The notes: generated from the letters alone by a model not told the origin. 64,000 bases of DNA from an uncultured Thermoproteaceae archaeon (GCA_964575955.1 CAZNTG010000009.1:1-64000), one strand, 5' to 3'. Numbered from the stretch's first letter, positions 18,776 through 28,546 are shown. Translations and numbers: made by a program.

Positions 18776-20455
18776 ATGGTTACGATAGTGTTTGAACCCT
18801 ATGGAAGGAAAATTGATGTTTGTAAAGGAGAAACTATATTAGATGCTGCTATTAAATGTGGAGTAGTTATTAGAAGTATTTGTGGTGGTAAAGGTGCATG
18901 TAAGAAATGTAAGGTAAAGATAGAGAGAGGAAAGTATAGACTGCTCACAGAGGAAGCACAGTTAGAAGATGGAACAGTACTTGCATGTCAAGTAGTACCT
19001 GAAGATGACTGTACTGTATACATACCTGAAGAATCTAGATTAGGAATTCAAAAAATACTTCATAGAGGTAAATTAATTATTGAAGAGGTTAATCCAAGTA
19101 TAATTATAGAAAGATTTGGAGATTATGTAAGAGTTCTCGATGAAAATGGTCAAATACTTATAGAGGGTAGATATGTAAAACCTTATGGAATTGCTATTGA
19201 TATTGGAACAACAAAGATAGTAATCTACCTAGTAGATTTAGAGAGTGGTAATATAGTATCTGAAATATATGATATAAATAGACAGGTAATATATGGTGAT
19301 GATCTTATGAGTAGAATAGAGTATTGTATTAGAAATAGAGATGGATATAGAGATTTGAATAGAACAGTTATAGAGTGTATAAATAGTATGATAGATAGAT
19401 TATGTAGATCTTCTAATGTAGATAAAAGACATATTGTTAATGTTGTTGCTGCAGGTAATACTGTGATGACATACCTATTCTTAAATAGAGATGTTAGAGG
19501 ATTTGCAGATTCTAAATTTGAAGTAGAGAAAGGTAGTTACACAACTACAGCTGGAGAATTAGGACTTGATGTTCATAGTAAGGCAAGTGTGTATTGTCTA
19601 CCGTGTGTAGGGAGATTTTTAGGTGGTGATGTCATTGGTGATATACTATCATCAGGAATGTGGAGAAGCGATTCAATGCAACTACTCATAGATATTGGAA
19701 CTAACACTCATGTAGTTGTTGGATGTAGAGATTGGTATATAGCAACAACAGGACCTGGAGCAACAACATTTGAAGGATATGGTGTTAAGTTTGGTATGAA
19801 AGCTATTGAAGGTGCTATTGAGAGAGTATGGATTAAGGATGGAAACGTTGAGTATGAAGTTATTGGAAATGTAAAACCAATAGGTATATGTGGTTCAGGA
19901 CTTATAGATCTACTTGCAGAATTATTTACAAATAAGATAGTTGATAGTCAGGGAAGACTAAGGAAAAATCATCCAAATGTTGTAGAGAGAGATGGAAAAC
20001 TACAATTCATAGTAGTACCATCATCAAAATCTGGATTAGGTAGAGATATTACAATAGATGAACAGGATATTAAGAATCTTCTAGAATCTAAAGCATCTGT
20101 ATGTGCATTAATAACAACATTATTAAAGAAGGTCAGGATAGATATTTCGGAAATAGAGAAAGTATATATATGTGGAGCATTCGCAAACTATCTAAATATT
20201 AATAATGCTGTAAAGATTGGAATGCTACCTGAATTTCCAAATGCAGAAATTGAATATATAGGTAATGGATCTATAGTTGGATCATACCTAGTGTTAACGA
20301 ATCGTAAGTATAGAGATATTGTTGAAAATATAGCCAACAACTTAACATATATAGAGATGATTAATGATTCAGACTTCGTAGAGGAGTATATGGCAGCATT
20401 AACAATACCAGGAAAGAAGGAATATTTCCCAACTGTGTGGAGTCTTGTAGAGTAG
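18776..20455 (+). CDS. Reductive activator of corrinoid proteins (RACo/AcsV; ASKHA ATPase with N-terminal [2Fe-2S] domain)
   Basis: CGGKGACKKC...LACQ, AIDIGTT, YGDDLMSRI, AGNTVM, GGD, DIGTN, GICGSG, GAFANY. Confidence 0.92.
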   Translation: MVTIVFEPYGRKIDVCKGETILDAAIKCGVVIRSICGGKGACKKCKVKIERGKYRLLTEEAQLEDGTVLACQVVPEDDCTVYIPEESRLGIQKILHRGKLIIEEVNPSIIIERFGDYVRVLDENGQILIEGRYVKPYGIAIDIGTTKIVIYLVDLESGNIVSEIYDINRQVIYGDDLMSRIEYCIRNRDGYRDLNRTVIECINSMIDRLCRSSNVDKRHIVNVVAAGNTVMTYLFLNRDVRGFADSKFEVEKGSYTTTAGELGLDVHSKASVYCLPCVGRFLGGDVIGDILSSGMWRSDSMQLLIDIGTNTHVVVGCRDWYIATTGPGATTFEGYGVKFGMKAIEGAIERVWIKDGNVEYEVIGNVKPIGICGSGLIDLLAELFTNKIVDSQGRLRKNHPNVVERDGKLQFIVVPSSKSGLGRDITIDEQDIKNLLESKASVCALITTLLKKVRIDISEIEKVYICGAFANYLNINNAVKIGMLPEFPNAEIEYIGNGSIVGSYLVLTNRKYRDIVENIANNLTYIEMINDSDFVEEYMAALTIPGKKEYFPTVWSLVE

Positions 20456-20457
20456 GA

Positions 20458-20505
20458 ATGATGTAAAGACCGCTGTCTGAGCACTGATGAAGAACCGAGG
20501 ACTGA
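20458..20505 (+). ncRNA. C/D box guide sRNA
   Basis: C ATGATGT 20458-20464, guide AAAGACCGCTGT, D' CTGA, C' CTGATGA, guide AGAACCGAGGA, D CTGA 20502-20505; starts 2 bp after the RACo stop. Confidence 0.85.
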
Positions 20506-20518
20506 TAATACTTATCAA

Positions 20519-20572
20519 TCAGTTCCTGCCGGATCAGTCATCAATTCCTTAGGTGGGGCTAAGCCTCATCAC
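20519..20572 (-). ncRNA. C/D box guide sRNA predicted to target the 5' end of 16S rRNA
   Basis: Reverse strand GTGATGA-GGCTTAGCCCCAC-CTAA-GGAA-TTGATGA-CTGATCCGGCAGGAA-CTGA; guides complement conserved crenarchaeal 16S motifs GUGGGGCUAAGCC and UCCUGCCGGA (recalled consensus). Confidence 0.92.
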
Positions 20573-20582
20573 TTCAAGAACT

Positions 20583-20831
20583 CTACAACTTTTCAAACCT
20601 TATTAAACTATCTTCAAACTGTACAATTCTCCTTCTCTGTAATTCCCACAATATGTCCACTATCTTAGATCTAACATTTATCTCAACTTCCTCATTAATT
20701 TCGATAATACTTCTCAATCTCTCTACAATATTATTAACAAAGTCTAATGTTCTTATCTTAGTTCTTGGTTGAATTTTCTCAAGTTCTTCAATTACCAACT
20801 TCTCAACTATCTTATCAATACTTTCACTCAT
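20583..20831 (-). CDS. Small hypothetical protein, possible winged-helix fold
   Basis: 82-aa ORF starting 1 bp after the stop of the upstream gene. Confidence 0.6.
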   Translation of the reverse strand: MSESIDKIVEKLVIEELEKIQPRTKIRTLDFVNNIVERLRSIIEINEEVEINVRSKIVDILWELQRRRIVQFEDSLIRFEKL

Positions 20832-20832
20832 A

Positions 20833-21831
20833 TTACTTCACCTTTATGTTTAGATATTTTATACATACATCTCTTATTGGACAATTATCACACATATTTT
20901 TTGAACAATATCTATATCCTATTGTGAATGAACCTCTCTCATATAGTATTGGATCTAGACTCAACTTAGCTACAGATCTTACAATTCCTTTTACAGACTG
21001 CACTCTTACAGTAACTTCATATCCTTTAGATGCTAATAACTCTATTCTTCTAACTTTATCACTATCAAGCTTCATTATTAGAAAAGCACCACTTCTAAAT
21101 GTTGTTAGTGTTGTATACATATCTGCTATAGATATGTATTTACTATTTTCACCTCTTCTAATTATATTTACAGCTATTGGAATGTTTGTTGTATGTGAAA
21201 ATATTCTTATTATTGATTTTAAACTCCTTCTCATTCTCTCATTCATCTTCTTAGGGAAGAATATTCTTAAATCATTTTCTAACTCTCTAATACTCTTCTT
21301 AAACATAATCCATTCAAATACATCTCTCTTATATGCCTTAACTATCTTTCTAACAGCATGTGTATATTTTATCAACATGTTTTGTAGTATTTCTTTATTA
21401 ACTTTCTCATATTTTTCACATATTGCCTGTACTATGGAGTCTATATTCTTATACTCTGGCCATTCTATAAATTGTCTAATCTCTTTATATAGATCTCTCA
21501 TTATTGATAAGAACTTCTCAATTCTAAGATCTGTAAGTCCTGGTATTGTGCAATAGCATAGTATTACATATCTTGTTGTTACTTCTAAATTTGGTATATT
21601 TTTATAGAGATTTGCAAGTTCTGTAAGAGTCTTATCTTTCGATCTTAAAAATTCTCTAAATACTTCTCTAACTCTATCAGGTATGTGACTTATCTCTTCA
21701 GGTAGGTATTCAAGTATTAGTTCCTTAACTTGTCTACCATAATCTCTAATATGTTCAACTATGTCTAGATACTTCTCAATCTCTCTAAGCTTCCTCTTAC
21801 TAATTCTCTCTCTAATACTTAGTTCGTCCAT
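20833..21831 (-). CDS. Divergent HhH-GPD/EndoIII-like protein with C-terminal [4Fe-4S] motif
   Basis: IG.RYCSKNMCDNCPIRDVC; IADMYTTLTTFRSG resembles the vD.hv.rv..R.G motif. Confidence 0.55.
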   Translation of the reverse strand: MDELSIRERISKRKLREIEKYLDIVEHIRDYGRQVKELILEYLPEEISHIPDRVREVFREFLRSKDKTLTELANLYKNIPNLEVTTRYVILCYCTIPGLTDLRIEKFLSIMRDLYKEIRQFIEWPEYKNIDSIVQAICEKYEKVNKEILQNMLIKYTHAVRKIVKAYKRDVFEWIMFKKSIRELENDLRIFFPKKMNERMRRSLKSIIRIFSHTTNIPIAVNIIRRGENSKYISIADMYTTLTTFRSGAFLIMKLDSDKVRRIELLASKGYEVTVRVQSVKGIVRSVAKLSLDPILYERGSFTIGYRYCSKNMCDNCPIRDVCIKYLNIKVK

Positions 21832-21917
21832 TATCGGACGCCATAAATGTAGATGTGAGGGTAAATAAATCCTAGCAAGATGAAATACATATTTACCAGA
21901 GTGTAGCTATGTTTTGA

Positions 21918-22385
21918 ATGGTTACGGAAGTCATATACTCTGATAAGACAGTTTTAGAGATGTTGAAGAAGCTTGAAAATGATCTTACAGGTGGTAATAT
22001 TGTTCTTGTTGAGAGATTACCTCCTGTGAGAGAGACTGAGAAGTATAGAGAACATATTGTAAATATTTTAAAAGAATTTCATAAAGCATTCATATTAATA
22101 AGAGTCGTATTTTCAGATGGAACTCGTAGAGGTTATGCAATAGTTATCTCAGGTGAAGGTGAGTTAGGTGAAATTCCTGAGAGAGGTATTGTTGAAGGTT
22201 TTGAAGTTGAGTATTTGAAAGATAGGAAGATCAAGATCGTGTATAGACCTGTAGCATATACATCATCTAGAGAACTTATTGTTAATATTGAGAAGTTTGC
22301 AAAACTATATCATGAGAGTGAGGTCAGGATTGTAGAATTGAAACTTCCAGAAGCATATAGAGAACATACACTACTATACTACTAA
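21918..22385 (+). CDS. Hypothetical protein
   Basis: 155-aa ORF with typical codon use. Confidence 0.7.
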   Translation: MVTEVIYSDKTVLEMLKKLENDLTGGNIVLVERLPPVRETEKYREHIVNILKEFHKAFILIRVVFSDGTRRGYAIVISGEGELGEIPERGIVEGFEVEYLKDRKIKIVYRPVAYTSSRELIVNIEKFAKLYHESEVRIVELKLPEAYREHTLLYY

Positions 22386-22435
22386 CCTGTAAAGAATAAT
22401 AAAGTATATAAAACGTATCAAATTAGAGATGCAAG

Positions 22436-22666
22436 ATGAGTGAGGAGTGGGAGTTTCCAGAAGATTGGGAATATGCTGGTGGTGAACCAGAAAAGCTTCT
22501 CAAAGTTAGAGTTAAATGTCCAAACTGTGGAACAACATTTGAAATAGAGATTGGAGAATCTTGGTACTCTATGGGATTTTCAATAAACTGTCAAAAGTGT
22601 GGCTATTCATTCCCTGTAAATATGTATGGAGAAGTTCTTGGTGAAGTTAAGAGAAAGAAGAGCTAA
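22436..22666 (+). CDS. Small zinc-ribbon protein
   Basis: CPNCG...CQKCG; TATA (TATATAAA) ~25 bp upstream. Confidence 0.75.
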   Translation: MSEEWEFPEDWEYAGGEPEKLLKVRVKCPNCGTTFEIEIGESWYSMGFSINCQKCGYSFPVNMYGEVLGEVKRKKS

Positions 22667-22715
22667 AATGTTAAAATAGTTAGAAGCTTAGGATAAGGAT
22701 GTTTATGATGTGTAG

Positions 22716-23399
22716 TTAGGATGTTCTAAGTTCTCTAGCCATCTCTCTAATCTTTTCATTCCAATCTTTGGCTTTTACTATCGCACTTGCAACAAGTACT
22801 CCTTCAGCACCAAGCTCTAAGGCTCTTCTAACATCTTCACCACTTTCAACACCAGCACCACATAGTACGTGAACTTGAGGAGCAACTTTCTTAACCATGT
22901 TTACACCATTCGTAACTACTTCAGGTTTTTCTCTAGATACAGCTCTACCTGTTCCTATGAGTTCTGGAGGTTCTATAGCTACTGCTTCAGGTCCGAGTAT
23001 AGCTATTGCAGCTGCTTCTACAGGTACTGCAGCACATGCTACAACTGTTAAGTCTAGCTTTCTACATCTTTCAATTATCTCACGTGCTTGATCAATTCTA
23101 ACTCTCTTCTCACTGTGATTAAGTATTACACCTATAGCACCAGCCTCTTTTATAGCTTCAAGAGATATATGACCAGTATGTGCTCCAGGAGGTTCTGGAT
23201 CTGCTGATTGTGCTAGTACTGGTATTTCAACATTCTCTGCTACAAGTCTAAGATCTACATGTTGTGGAGCGACTGCAATAGAAACATCATACTCTTTCGC
23301 TATCTTTTCAGCAGTTTTAGCAAGTTCGAGAGCTCTTCTACCTGTAGCTTCTATATATGTTTTGAAGTTTATTATTAGTATTGGATATCTCAGCTTCAC
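22716..23399 (-). CDS. tpiA: Triosephosphate isomerase, archaeal type
   Basis: INFKTY, NHSEK, AIEPPELIGTG, LCGAG, GVLVAS. Confidence 0.97.
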   Translation of the reverse strand: MKLRYPILIINFKTYIEATGRRALELAKTAEKIAKEYDVSIAVAPQHVDLRLVAENVEIPVLAQSADPEPPGAHTGHISLEAIKEAGAIGVILNHSEKRVRIDQAREIIERCRKLDLTVVACAAVPVEAAAIAILGPEAVAIEPPELIGTGRAVSREKPEVVTNGVNMVKKVAPQVHVLCGAGVESGEDVRRALELGAEGVLVASAIVKAKDWNEKIREMARELRTS

Positions 23400-23451
23400 A
23401 CATTTACCTGAATATGTCTGATTTAAAAGACGTTTGAGCTGTGTATTAACT

Positions 23452-24555
23452 TCACAAGACAGCTTCGAAGTGTGATCTAATTAATGCTTTTGAAACACCT
23501 TCAACAAAACATCTAACTATAGTAGCTACTAGTTCAGCTTCTAGATCTTTAACATATGCAACACTAAGTGCAGCACCTGGAGATGCTGGACTATATTTAG
23601 TAACTATGCTTGTAGATAGTGATTGTGCAGCTTTAAATTGTGCTATTGAGAGCTTTTGAACTATAGTTTCAAGCTCTACACCCTTGGCTATTGTTGTCAA
23701 TGTTGTTATTAGTGGATTTGTTGAAAGTTCTTCTAAAACTCTAACAACAGGTTCACCATAGTATCTAGCGAAGTTTGTACCTACAGGACCGAATGGTACT
23801 ACAAATCCTTGAACAAGATCTAGTGGAAGATTCCACAACTTTGCTCTAAGTAGTAGTGATATGTTGTAGAAATCTACAAGTGTTCTAACAACATCCATAG
23901 CGCTGTTATCTCTCATTAATTTTGAAGTTGTTATTGTGTATAGTCTAGATAGGTATACACTATCTAGCAATGTGTCAATTATACATAATGCTAACTGTGG
24001 TCTAGCTTTAATTAATTTTAACATGTTTTCAAATGCCTCAGCAGCAGGGTGATACAATTCTCTAAGCTTTGTACCAAGATCTTCAAGATCTCTAGCACCT
24101 AGAATATATGCTAGTACATGTCTCCTACCCATGATCTCTGCAATATAGGTATTTACAAGTCTCTCCATATCTCTCCTCTCCTTACCTTCGTGTAGACATT
24201 TAGCAACAATCTTAATATTCTCAATCTCAAACTTGAGAAGGTATACTGAGAGTAGATATCTAGCCTGTGGTGGACTTCCAAGTGCTAGCTGTACAAGATC
24301 TTGAATTACTGCTGTCTTAAATTCCTTAGTAATCTCTTCAGGAGATGTAATCTTTTCAATACGCTCAATAACACTCTTATACCCTGTATCTCTTAGAACA
24401 TTAACAACATCATCTAGAGATTCTGCATATATTATAGCTCTAAGCTTATCTTTTGTTAGAAGTCTAGATCTAACACCACGAACTCTAGGTCCTAGAGAAC
24501 CCATCATCATGAGGTAGTATCCATGTGTACCACCACTACTAAGTCCAATACCCAC
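23452..24555 (-). CDS. atpC: A/V-type ATP synthase subunit C
   Basis: PRVRG.RSRLL, L..T.Y, FEIENIK, D..NI..LLRAK, E...V..I. Confidence 0.85.
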   Translation of the reverse strand: MGIGLSSGGTHGYYLMMMGSLGPRVRGVRSRLLTKDKLRAIIYAESLDDVVNVLRDTGYKSVIERIEKITSPEEITKEFKTAVIQDLVQLALGSPPQARYLLSVYLLKFEIENIKIVAKCLHEGKERRDMERLVNTYIAEIMGRRHVLAYILGARDLEDLGTKLRELYHPAAEAFENMLKLIKARPQLALCIIDTLLDSVYLSRLYTITTSKLMRDNSAMDVVRTLVDFYNISLLLRAKLWNLPLDLVQGFVVPFGPVGTNFARYYGEPVVRVLEELSTNPLITTLTTIAKGVELETIVQKLSIAQFKAAQSLSTSIVTKYSPASPGAALSVAYVKDLEAELVATIVRCFVEGVSKALIRSHFEAVL

Positions 24556-24593
24556 GTAGTGTCAAGTTCTGAAAAGTTTTATAATATTATGTC

Positions 24594-24644
24594 TCAGTGT
24601 CGTGGGTCCTCTTCACCATTTCAGGGGCGCGGAGCTCTCATCAC
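24594..24644 (-). ncRNA. C/D box guide sRNA
   Basis: Reverse strand GTGATGA-GAGCTCCGCGCCC-CTGA-AATG-GTGAAGA-GGACCCACGACA-CTGA; C box overlaps the stop of ORF 24641..25024. Confidence 0.92.
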
Positions 24645-25024
24645 TGAGATAGCATGTCGCTAATAGATGATTCTGACCCATGTTTAACAATTCTAATCCT
24701 AGTTTCTAGAGGTATGTGAAGTCCAAGTCTTTCAAATATTTGATATAGTTCATAATCTGCAAGTTCTCTAATGCTACCTGACTCGTATAATCTCAATATT
24801 TCTCTAAATACTCTAATAGCATCTTCACCATATATTGACACAGCCTTATTAATTATCTCATCAGCTCTAGAACCCTTAACAATTCTCCTTATCTTACTTA
24901 GAATATCCTCTTTAGACTCTCTTCTTACAGACTTCTCCTCTACTAACCTTCTCTGAACTTTCTGCCATGTCTGTATAGCTTTTCTCCTTAACAACTCCTC
25001 TATCTCCTTGTCCTCGCTCATCAT
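24641..25024 (-). CDS. PDCD5-like double-stranded DNA-binding protein
   Basis: D.EIEELLRRK N-terminus, G.I..L.D..L..I, ETRIRI. Confidence 0.65.
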   Translation of the reverse strand: MMSEDKEIEELLRRKAIQTWQKVQRRLVEEKSVRRESKEDILSKIRRIVKGSRADEIINKAVSIYGEDAIRVFREILRLYESGSIRELADYELYQIFERLGLHIPLETRIRIVKHGSESSISDMLSQ

Positions 25025-25454
25025 GTCTTAGATCTATACCACACTCTTTTAAGAGTATCTGAGCAATATCTTCTGAAAGGGCTATATAGCTTATTGGAGG
25101 TCTAAGATTGAGCTCTCTCAATCTTGATAGAGGAACTTCTCTACATCTTCTAGGTTCAACAACTTCAATAGCCATAACTTTTCTAAAACCATCAATATAT
25201 GTGAAATCTTCTTCATCAACACCGACATCTCCAAGTCTTGAAATTATATTCTTAATCTCTTCAGGACTTGCTAAAAATACTTTACCAGCTTTAAAATAAC
25301 CTACAATAGCTTTTACAGGAGATGAGAAATACATTATTATTAAATCTCCAGGCATTACTCTAACATTTACACACTTCCTCAACTCATACTTCTTCCTTCC
25401 TTCAAGAATTGCAAAACCATACTTAGGTTTTATTGATAGTAAAATTACTCTCAT
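24912..25454 (-). CDS. ASCH-domain protein (COG4933-like)
   Basis: LLSIKPKY...ILEGRKKYELRK, Y.SSPVKAIVG.F, PP.SY; tail overlaps the next gene by 113 bp. Confidence 0.85.
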   Translation of the reverse strand: MRVILLSIKPKYGFAILEGRKKYELRKCVNVRVMPGDLIIMYFSSPVKAIVGYFKAGKVFLASPEEIKNIISRLGDVGVDEEDFTYIDGFRKVMAIEVVEPRRCREVPLSRLRELNLRPPISYIALSEDIAQILLKECGIDLRHDERGQGDRGVVKEKSYTDMAESSEKVSRGEVCKKRV

Positions 25455-25584
25455 TCATCTTAGCTATCTTTAGAGAATTTAAAAAGCCAATTCTGAGTTA
25501 GGTATAATTAATCTATCTACCAATAGCACATATTTACAACTAAACACTGATTTAAATGTCCTTAAACTCAGGTGAGGATTAGAT

Positions 25585-26790
25585 GTGACTACTACATCTA
25601 TAGAATCTAGAAGAGCATATGCAGAACATGGTCTTGGACTATTTTCACTACTGCTATGTAATTATGGAGATTTCTTTACAGGATATTTAACAACACTCTT
25701 CTCAGAAGTTTTTCAACATGCAAAATTTCTCATAGTCCTACTACCAGTACTCATGAATTTGAGAGGTTGTACATATGTTGCATATAGTACAAGAATGATA
25801 ACTAAGCTTAGACTTGGAGTTATAGAGCCAAGAGGATTAAGACAGAAAGGTCTGACTGTCGAGATGAAGGTTGCATATGTTGTAAGTATTCTATCAAACT
25901 TCATAGCAGGAATACTTGCAGCACTTGTAGTAGACCCTCTTCATCTAGATATAATCACTGCAGTAGCAATGATATCAGGGCTTATAGGTGTGAGTATTGT
26001 AGTACCATTATCAACATTAGGCTTCTTTATAGTATATAGGAGAGATATATCTCCTGAAACACTTGCAGGACCTTTAGAATCTATTATTGGGGATATGATA
26101 ACTGTACCAACTTTACTACTAGCATACATATTAGTACTATATCTATACGATGTACATAGAGACATTGTTGGAATATTGATAATTTCTATACTAGTATTAA
26201 CATCATTAATTACGAGATCTCTAGTGAAGGAGAGAGATAAAACGTATGTTGTATGGAATCCTGAAAAAACTATAATAGAAAATGTTATTGCAGGTGTTGT
26301 AGCATCAATGATTGAGCTAGTTGTAGGATTAAGACTTGAGAGTAAGCTATCAACATTAACTACATACAAGGTACTACTCTTCGCAGCATTTCCAACAATG
26401 GCTGTTGTTGGAGGTCTTGCTGTTAGATATGCAGCATATTTAAATTCTGGTCTTCATTTAGGTAGTGTAGAGCATAGTGTTATTCCTAGGGGTATAGCTG
26501 CAAGATACTACTATAGAAGTATGTTACTATCATTTGGAATATATATGAACGTGATATGTATGAGCATCATATATGCATATTTTACAGGAGAACCACTAAT
26601 ACTATGCTCAATACCGTTCATAGCTGGACTACTATCAACAGTTATTGTACTATACATCACTTACATACTTTCAATAGTGCTATTTAGGAAAGGTATTAAT
26701 CCTGCTAATGTTGCTACAAGTCTAATAATGCCTATAGCAGATTTAACGACAATTACAATATACATGTCTATACTATCTATACTTCACTAA
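25585..26790 (+). CDS. MgtE-family divalent cation transporter (duplicated membrane domain)
   Basis: LPVLMNLRG, PETLAGPL...GD, GINPANVA..L....D; about 10 TM helices. Confidence 0.85.
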   Translation: MTTTSIESRRAYAEHGLGLFSLLLCNYGDFFTGYLTTLFSEVFQHAKFLIVLLPVLMNLRGCTYVAYSTRMITKLRLGVIEPRGLRQKGLTVEMKVAYVVSILSNFIAGILAALVVDPLHLDIITAVAMISGLIGVSIVVPLSTLGFFIVYRRDISPETLAGPLESIIGDMITVPTLLLAYILVLYLYDVHRDIVGILIISILVLTSLITRSLVKERDKTYVVWNPEKTIIENVIAGVVASMIELVVGLRLESKLSTLTTYKVLLFAAFPTMAVVGGLAVRYAAYLNSGLHLGSVEHSVIPRGIAARYYYRSMLLSFGIYMNVICMSIIYAYFTGEPLILCSIPFIAGLLSTVIVLYITYILSIVLFRKGINPANVATSLIMPIADLTTITIYMSILSILH

Positions 26791-26795
26791 GCTTA

Positions 26796-27902
26796 TTATG
26801 GTAATATTTCACCTTCTGTAAGATTTTTCTCAACCTCTCTATGAGGTCCTACTCTAACATTCTTAGGAATATATACGTAATCTGCAATGTATGTATAATC
26901 TCCTATAACTACATTATCTTCGATCCTAACCCACTTTCCAATATATACTCTCTCACCAATTATAGAATTTTTAATGTATGTTCCTCTACTTATCACTGCA
27001 CCACTCATAACTATACTATTTGAAATTTTTACTGAAGATCCAACATTTACATCTTGAAGAATTACTGTATATGGACCAATTTCAGAGTCTCTACCAATCT
27101 TAGCCCTCTCATTTATAAAGCATGGTGGTTCTATACTACCTTCACACTCACCTTTAATACATAGATCAGCATCTTTACAATATTCTTCAAGTGCTGTGAA
27201 GTTTGCTTTTAAATAATCTTCTGGTGTTCCAATATCGTACCAATATCCCAGATGTATGTATGCATATACATCAAACTTCTCTATAAGTTTAGGTATTAGA
27301 TGTATTGAAATTTTCAATGGTTTATCATCTCTTGATGGTAGTAGTTCTAGTGCTTCAGGTTCAAATATGTATATTCCAGCATTTACAAGTCCAACACCCT
27401 CAATCCTGGGTTTTTCGATAAACTTGGTTATTCTATACTTTTCATCAATCTCTGCAACACCATATTTAGATAGATCTCCTGAAACTCTTGTAAGTACTAT
27501 TGTAGCTACACCACCACATTTTTTATGAAAATCTAATACTTTTAACAGGTCTATATTTGTAAATATGTCACCATTAAATACTACTAAAGTTTTATCAATA
27601 TTATCTAGTTTTTTTATTAGATTTATAGGTCCAGCATCTCCTAGTGGTTTTTCTTCTACGAGATATTTTGTTCTTCTTAATTCACTACTCCATGTTGATG
27701 ATATATGTGATATTATGTGATCTGATAAGTATCTTAGAGATATGTATACTAGCTCAGGATTTGATCTATATACTGTGTCTAGTATGTAGTCTAGAAGTGG
27801 TTTATCGAGTATTGGAAGCATTGGTTTTGGTCTAGTGTATGTTAGTGGTCTCAATCTTGTAGCATATCCACCAGCAAGTATTAGTGCTATATGTCTACTC
27901 AC
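26796..27902 (-). CDS. NDP-sugar pyrophosphorylase (mannose-1-phosphate guanylyltransferase-like)
   Basis: LAGGYATRLRPLT..RPKPM, NGD, FIEKP, NAGIY, WYDIGTP, hexapeptide tail. Confidence 0.92.
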   Translation of the reverse strand: MSRHIALILAGGYATRLRPLTYTRPKPMLPILDKPLLDYILDTVYRSNPELVYISLRYLSDHIISHISSTWSSELRRTKYLVEEKPLGDAGPINLIKKLDNIDKTLVVFNGDIFTNIDLLKVLDFHKKCGGVATIVLTRVSGDLSKYGVAEIDEKYRITKFIEKPRIEGVGLVNAGIYIFEPEALELLPSRDDKPLKISIHLIPKLIEKFDVYAYIHLGYWYDIGTPEDYLKANFTALEEYCKDADLCIKGECEGSIEPPCFINERAKIGRDSEIGPYTVILQDVNVGSSVKISNSIVMSGAVISRGTYIKNSIIGERVYIGKWVRIEDNVVIGDYTYIADYVYIPKNVRVGPHREVEKNLTEGEILP

Positions 27903-27949
27903 TATAGCTATGGTGTAGATAAGTATTTAAAATGTGTCTCTAACTTTAC

Positions 27950-28546
27950 ATGACTATGCCAGTAATAGATTTGTCAAGTATAGATTTGAAAACTCTACAT
28001 TGGAGAGATATTGATTGGAGAAAGTTTATATGGGTTAAAGATCATCCAATGCGTGCAATATATATAGAGAAGGTTGTTGTAAATATTGGTGTTGGAACAT
28101 CAGGTGAGAAGTTGGAGAAGGCTGCTAAAGTTCTTGAAGAATTGACAGAGCAGACACCAAGCTATAGAAGAGCTAGAAAGTCCATAAAAGAGTGGGGTGT
28201 ACGTAGAGGTGAGCCTATAGGTGTAGTTGTCACATTAAGGAGAAGCAAGGCAATATGGTTTCTACTAAAGACACTCGCAGTACTAGACTTCACACTTAGA
28301 GAATCACAGTTTGACAATATGGGAAATGTATCGTACGGAATTAGAGAACACATACTAATACCAGGAACAAGATATGACCCAAACCTAGGAATATGGGGAA
28401 TGGACATAGCAGTAAGACTAGCAAGACCAGGATATAGAGTAATGTACAGAAGAAGATGTAGATCTAAAGTAGGTAGAAAACAGAGAGTAACAAAACAAGA
28501 AGCAATAGAATACTTCAGAGAAGTACTTGGAGTAAAAGTAATATAA
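27950..28546 (+). CDS. rpl5: 50S ribosomal protein L5 (uL5)
   Basis: HPMR..IEKVVVNIGVG, PIGVVVTLR, FD..GN.SYGI.EH, RPGYRV..RRR. Confidence 0.97.
   Translation: MTMPVIDLSSIDLKTLHWRDIDWRKFIWVKDHPMRAIYIEKVVVNIGVGTSGEKLEKAAKVLEELTEQTPSYRRARKSIKEWGVRRGEPIGVVVTLRRSKAIWFLLKTLAVLDFTLRESQFDNMGNVSYGIREHILIPGTRYDPNLGIWGMDIAVRLARPGYRVMYRRRCRSKVGRKQRVTKQEAIEYFREVLGVKVI

Noticed and set aside
10648-20455. Selenocysteine or pyrrolysine read-through in the redox genes
   Set aside because: All frames are full length with no in-frame TGA/TAG at ligand positions; the missing ligands are sense substitutions.
20765-21556. 263-aa plus-strand ORF and the many other antisense ORFs in the track
   Set aside because: They lie opposite well-supported genes, are Ser/Ile/Leu/Phe-rich mirror translations and have no motifs.
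24912-25024. 113-bp same-strand overlap of the ASCH and PDCD5-like genes as possible recoding
   Set aside because: The ASCH domain is complete before the overlap; no slippery site seen; most simply a lost stop codon.
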